Positions 59,047 to 64,000 of a stretch of DNA of 64,000 bases are shown piece by piece; position 1 is the stretch's first letter, and the number at the start of each line of letters is the position of its first letter. The stretch spans positions 4,416,001 to 4,480,000 of the forward strand of contig OZ001293.3 of the NCBI GenBank assembly GCA_963921275.4. Direction: 5' to 3'. The stretch is from an uncultured Hormoscilla sp. GTDB lineage: Bacteria > Cyanobacteriota > Cyanobacteriia > Cyanobacteriales > Desertifilaceae. The notes beneath the pieces were generated by a model, which ran no database searches, was not told the origin of the DNA, and was given only the letters and a program-made list of their open reading frames with translations. Position numbers and translations under genes: made by a program.

Positions 59047-60726
59047 TATAAGTAAAGCGGTCAAACCCAATGAATTCCGCTTCTGGAGTGTAAATTACCG
59101 CCGTACCACTATCATCAAGAGTGACAGTACCATTGCTAGGTTGAGTAAAGTCTTGCAGTAGGATATCCTCGTTATTGGTATCGCTGTCGTTCCCAAGCAC
59201 ATCAATGGTAATGGATTGATTTTGCTCGGTAGTAACCCGATCGGCGATCGCCAGAGGAGGGATGTTACCGAAGACAGTACTGCCGAACACCACATAGCTA
59301 GAGCCTGCACCATATGCCCCGATAATCAGGTCAGAGATGCCATCGCCGTTTACATCTCCACCACCGCTAACTAAGCTGCCAGAGAAGTCAAACGCTCCAA
59401 CACCATTGAGGACGAAGCCATTCAATCCGTTTAGTTCGCTCAAAGATAGGGTCGCTGGAAATCGATCTGCGCTCCCAAATACCACATAGCTCTTGCCCGC
59501 ATCAACAACATCTGCTCTTGATGCCCCGACGATCAAGTCATCAATGCCATCACCATTAATATCTCCCACACCGCTAACTGAGTCGCCAGAGTAGTCAAAT
59601 GCCTCAGCACCATTCAGGACGAAGCCATTGTTGCCGTCTAGGTCACTCAAAGATAGGGTTGCTGGAAATTCTTCTGACGTCCCGAATACCACATAGCTAG
59701 AGCCAGCATTGTTGCCACCTGTATCAACACCAACAGCCCCCACAATCAGATCATCTATCTCATCACCGTTGATATCTCCCGCACTACTGACTGAGCTACC
59801 TGATAAGTCATACTCATTAATGCCGTTGATGACAAAGCCATTGCTGCCGTCCAGTTCGCTCAAAGACAGCGTCCCTGGAAATCCTTCAGAACTGCCAAAC
59901 AACACATAGCTAGAGCCTACATCAAAAATCTCGCCTGCGTCAGCAAAGGGTGCCCCAATAATTAGGTCATCAATGCCATCGCTATTAATGTCTCCGGCAC
60001 TGCTAACCGCCAAACCTGATAAGTCAGAACTATTAATCCCATTCACGACGAAGCCGTTGCTGCCGTCCAGATCACTGACAGAAAGCGTCGCTAGAAATTC
60101 CTCTGAGCTGCCGAACAATATATAGCTAGCACCTGCATCAATGTTATCACCTGCTTCAGCAAAAATAGCTCCGATAATCAGGTCATCAATGCCATCGCCG
60201 TTAATATCCCCGGCACTGCTAGTTGAGAAACCTGATAAGTCACCTTCATTAATGCCAGCGATCGCGAACCCGTTGCTGCCATCCAGGTCATTCAGGTCAA
60301 GGGTCGCATCAAATACCTCATTTGAGCCAAACAGCACATAACTAGAGCCTGTATTATATATGCCGTTGGCGTCAACTCTTGGGGCCCCGATAATCAGGTC
60401 ATTGAAGCCATCGCCGTTGATATCCCCCGCACCACTAACTGAGCTGCCTAAGTTGTCACCTGCATTGATGCCAGAGATCGCGAACCCATTGCTGCCATCC
60501 AGGTTATCCAGGTCAAAGCTGGGAGGGTATTCCGACTGAGTGCCGAACAATACATAACTAGAGCCTGCCTGATAATTGCCGTTGGGGCTAGCGCCGTCTG
60601 CTCCAACAATCAAGTCATCAATGCCATCGCCGTTGATGTCTCCGGCAATGCTGACCGGGTCATAAGCATTGATGCCGGAGATAGCGAAACCATTGCTACC
60701 ATTTAAGTCAGAGAGATTGATAGATA

Positions 60727-61737
60727 ACCTAAGTTGCGACCTATTAAAAAAAATATGAATTACCCACTTAGACTTTACAGATATTTGGGATATTTCGTAG
60801 CTTTTAATACAAAATTATATTTTTTTTGTGCTAGACGGCGGGTTGGCTGTTTATAGGTTATAATGTACTAAAATAATAGTTAATTGCTGGGGGATGTAGA
60901 TGATGGAAGATATGATTACAACAATTTTTGTTCTTTGTGACGAGCTACTAAAAGCGTTAAATATAAAAGAAGATCCACAAGTAAAAATGAACAATGCCGA
61001 AGTGATGACAGTCGGATTAGTTGCTGCATATTTTTTCGGAGGACACCACGATCGCTCTTGTCAATTTATGGTCCAACACAAGTATATAAAAAATCTGTTA
61101 AGTAAAAGTAGGTTCAATCGTCGATTACACAATATTGAGGAACCAATTTGGATGTTTTTCTTTCAAGTTATAGCTCAAACATTTAAAGAGCTCAATCCGG
61201 GTCAAGAATATATTCTTGATAGTTTCCCGGTGCCAGTATGTGATAATATTAGGATTGATAGATGCCAAATTTATAACAAGGAAGAATATCGAGGCTATAT
61301 TGCCAGTAAAAAACGTTATTTTTATGGATTAAGAGTTCATATGTTGGTAAACAAAAATGGAAAGCCAATAGAATTTATCTAGATCCTGGTAGTTATAATG
61401 ATTTTAAAGTTTTGCAATCTTTTGGCTTTGACTTACCATCAAATTCAATAGTTTATGGAGATAAAGCTTATAATGATTATCAATTAGAGGATTTACTAAA
61501 AGAGTCGTCAAGTATAATGTTAAAACCTTTGCGAAAAAAAAACTCAAAAAGAAAAGAATATTCTTGTTTTGAATATATACAAAAAGTAACAAGAAAACAA
61601 GTTGAAACCTGTTTTAGTCAAATCACCAATTTGTTTCCCAAGTCAATTCATGCTGTTACATTTAAAAGATTAGAGTTGAAAATAATTCTCTTTATCATAG
61701 CTTTTTGTATCCAATTTTTATAGGTCGCAACTTGAGT
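60727..61737 (+). mobile_element. IS982-family element, transposase with 1-bp frameshift
   Basis: Near-identical inverted copy; 6-bp TSD TAGATA; one T missing at ~61376. Confidence 0.93.
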
Positions 61738-62368
61738 TAGATACTGGCGCTACGGTTACGTTGACATTCACTGTCGCAGTAGCAGTGTCACTCCCGTCCG
61801 AGATCGAGTAAGTAAAGCTGTCATCGCCAAGGAAACCAATGTCCGGGGTGTAAATCAACTTGTCATCGGTCAGATCGTCCGGGGTGCCGCCGTCATCGCG
61901 CGTCACCGTACCGTTGCTAGCAGTGCCAAAGTCTACAAGTAAGATGGGGTCGCTATTGTCATCTCCGTCGTTGATGAGAACGTCGATCGTCACAGGCGTA
62001 TTTTGTGTGGGGTTGGCACGATCGGTCATCCAGGCGATCGCCATTTATATCCCCAGCACCACTGACTGCGAACCCTGAGTTATCGCGCTCATTAATACCG
62101 TTAATAGCGAAGCCATTGCTGCCATCTAGTTCTGAAAGATTTAGAGATATGATGCCCATTGCGAATTTTTCCTTGCTAATCTTTGCTATTATCCTACAAA
62201 AACTAATTTACCACACGCTGCGCTGTTTTTGGGAAGTTACCTGAGTAACGATACCCAAGATTATATCAGACTCAGCAATGCGGATCCCAATTCCAGAATC
62301 AGATATTCCTCAACACCGGTAATATCTACGACCGATCTACTCACAATTATCATAGAAACGGAAGAGTC

Positions 62369-62726
62369 GTGCTCAGACACAGAGTATTCGTACTCAGACT
62401 TCGTGCTCAGGCATAGAGTATTCGTGCTCAGACACAGAATATTCGTACTCAGACACAGAGTATTCGTGCTCAGACACAGAATATTCGTGCTCAGACACAG
62501 AGTATTCGTGCTCAGACACAGAATATTCGTACTCAGACACAGAATATTCGTGCTCAGACACAGAGTATTCGTGCTCAGACACAGAGTATTCGTGCTCAGA
62601 CACAGAGTATTCGTGCTCAGACACAGAGTATTCGTGCTCAGACACAGAGTATTCGTGCTCAGACACAGAGTATTCGTGCTCAGACACAGAGTATTTGTGC
62701 TCAGACACAGAGTATTCGTGCTCAGG
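62369..62726. repeat. 21-bp tandem array (15 contiguous units, plus one full and two partial units)
   Basis: Unit GTGCTCAGACACAGAGTATTC; no spacers. Confidence 0.95.
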
Positions 62727-63091
62727 CGTCGTGTAGGGCCGGTAGATATAAAAGACCGCTTTTCAGCAAGTGATTCATTTCGTATACGAATCGTAGACGA
62801 AGAAAGCCAGCGTCGGAGGAAACCTGCTGGGGTATGAGGTTGCGAAATATGGGTTAAATTGAAAGACACCCAACTCCGACGGTATAGTAGCAAATAAATT
62901 TGATAATTTCCGTAAAATATGTTTTAATGACTGTAGTTAAAGCAGGAAATGTTACCAATGTCGCCGGTAACCAACACTTGAGTTATAATAGACAAACGTG
63001 CGACTCGTTCCCGCGTAAGTCGGAAATATGACGATAGTCGGGCTAGTATTACACCAGCATTTTTACAGAAAAATACAAGAGAAACCAAAAA

Positions 63092-64000
63092 ATGAAGCAT
63101 AATACCAATGCCAACACCATGGTATTAGTGGATGCCTCCCTAGAAAACTACCAGCAGCTTATAGACGGCATCCGGCCTGGGGCCAAATCTTTCCTCTTAG
63201 ACCTTCGGTCCGATGGCATCAAACAGATCGGCGAACTTCTCCGCCTCTACCCTGCAGAAGTGGAAAGTAAAACAACTCCTACTCTACGGCTGTAACGTCG
63301 CCGCCGGAGATGCAGGAAAGGAGTTGATGACTAAGCTACAGGCCCTGACCGGGGCATCCCTCGCCGCCTCTACTACCCGGACAGGGGCAGCAGCCCGGGG
63401 CGGAAATTGGAAGTTGGAGTGGCGAACTCCGGGGATGAAAACTCCCTTAGCATTGTCCGCAGAAGCTCAGATGGCCTATGGGGGCATATTGACCATCTCC
63501 CAGCAGGAGTATCAGGCCTTAAGGGCTCTCTATCAAAGCACCAATGGGGCTTTTTGGAGTAACAATACAGGCTGGCGGGACTGGAATTTCAACAGCCCAA
63601 CTCCCCCCGATGCTTCTGTTGTTAATGGTTGGCATGGAGTGACGGTAACTAACAACAGGGTGATTAGGCTCCGGCTGGACTTCAACGGACTGACTGACAG
63701 CATCCCGACGGAGTTAGGGAATCTTTCCAATTTGGTGCAGCTCTTCCTGAACTCCAACCAACTGACTGGCAGCATCCCGACGGAGTTAGGGAATCTTTTC
63801 AATTTGGAGGAGCTCGAGCTGTACTCCAACCAACTGACTGGCAGCATTCCGAAGGAGTTAGGAAATCTTTCCAATTTGGAGGAGCTCTGGCTGGACTCCA
63901 ACCAACTGACTGGCAGCATCCCGAAGGAGCTAGGGAATCTTTCTAATTTGCAACTTCTCTTGCTGAACTCTAACCAACTGACTGGCAGCATCCCGAAGGA
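63092..64000 (+). CDS. DUF4347 + plant-type LRR protein, 3'-partial, with internal deletion/frameshift in DUF4347
   Basis: VLVDASLENYQQL...DGIKQI; LLYGCNVAAG...GGNWKLE; ALRALYQSTNG..W; 72-bp repeats LTGSIPTELGNLSNL..L.L..NQ. Confidence 0.85.

Larger units (their letters stand above)
57482..62159 (-). pseudogene. FG-GAP repeat / cadherin-like (Ig) / RTX calcium-binding surface protein disrupted by two IS982 and a deletion
   Basis: SAGDINGDGIDDLIIGA repeats, ITIDVLGND..YTP domains, GDDTLSGDAG repeats. Frames rejoin across the TSDs. Confidence 0.88.

Noticed and set aside
58035..61737. Composite transposon that delivered the FG-GAP block
   Set aside because: Each IS982 has its own TSD and the gene frame continues on both outer sides.
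62369..62726. CRISPR array
   Set aside because: The units are contiguous with no unique spacers, and no cas genes are present.
63533..63991. Minus-strand repeat ORF
   Set aside because: It is the antisense shadow of the + strand LRR gene.

Overview
Filamentous-cyanobacterial DNA, based on dense HIP1 GCGATCGC sites, psbO, psaE, ndhO and GUN4. The high load of pseudogenes and IS elements plus eukaryotic-like LRR/FG-GAP genes suggests a host-associated Oscillatoriales lineage undergoing genome erosion (inference). Housekeeping genes (purH, dedA, tolC, nnr, psbO, psaE, mutM, ndhO, rimM, avtA, moaE) are interspersed with accessory DNA. Highlights: (1) a triply nested group II intron, in which an RT-encoding intron in a DUF6391 gene carries two related ORF-less introns, one sense in domain I and one antisense inside the RT ORF, each with an EBS1 matching its own site; (2) a tandem array of nitrile-hydratase-leader (proteusin) precursors, one with a doubled leader and both with Trp-terminated hydrophobic cores, next to an unknown enzyme and an FAD halogenase; (3) an IS607 element whose TnpB has the rearranged RuvC of pro-Fanzors and overlaps tnpA almost completely; (4) two candidate defence operons (wHTH-AAA-DUF1802/REase; HEPN-like + KGGVGR ParA/P-loop NTPase) and an orphan phosphorothioation-associated methyltransferase; (5) MITEs with clean TSDs, a TSD-less 57/79-bp dispersed insert, and a 21-bp tandem array of UUCG hairpins. 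All family assignments come from motif recognition by eye; no searches were run.
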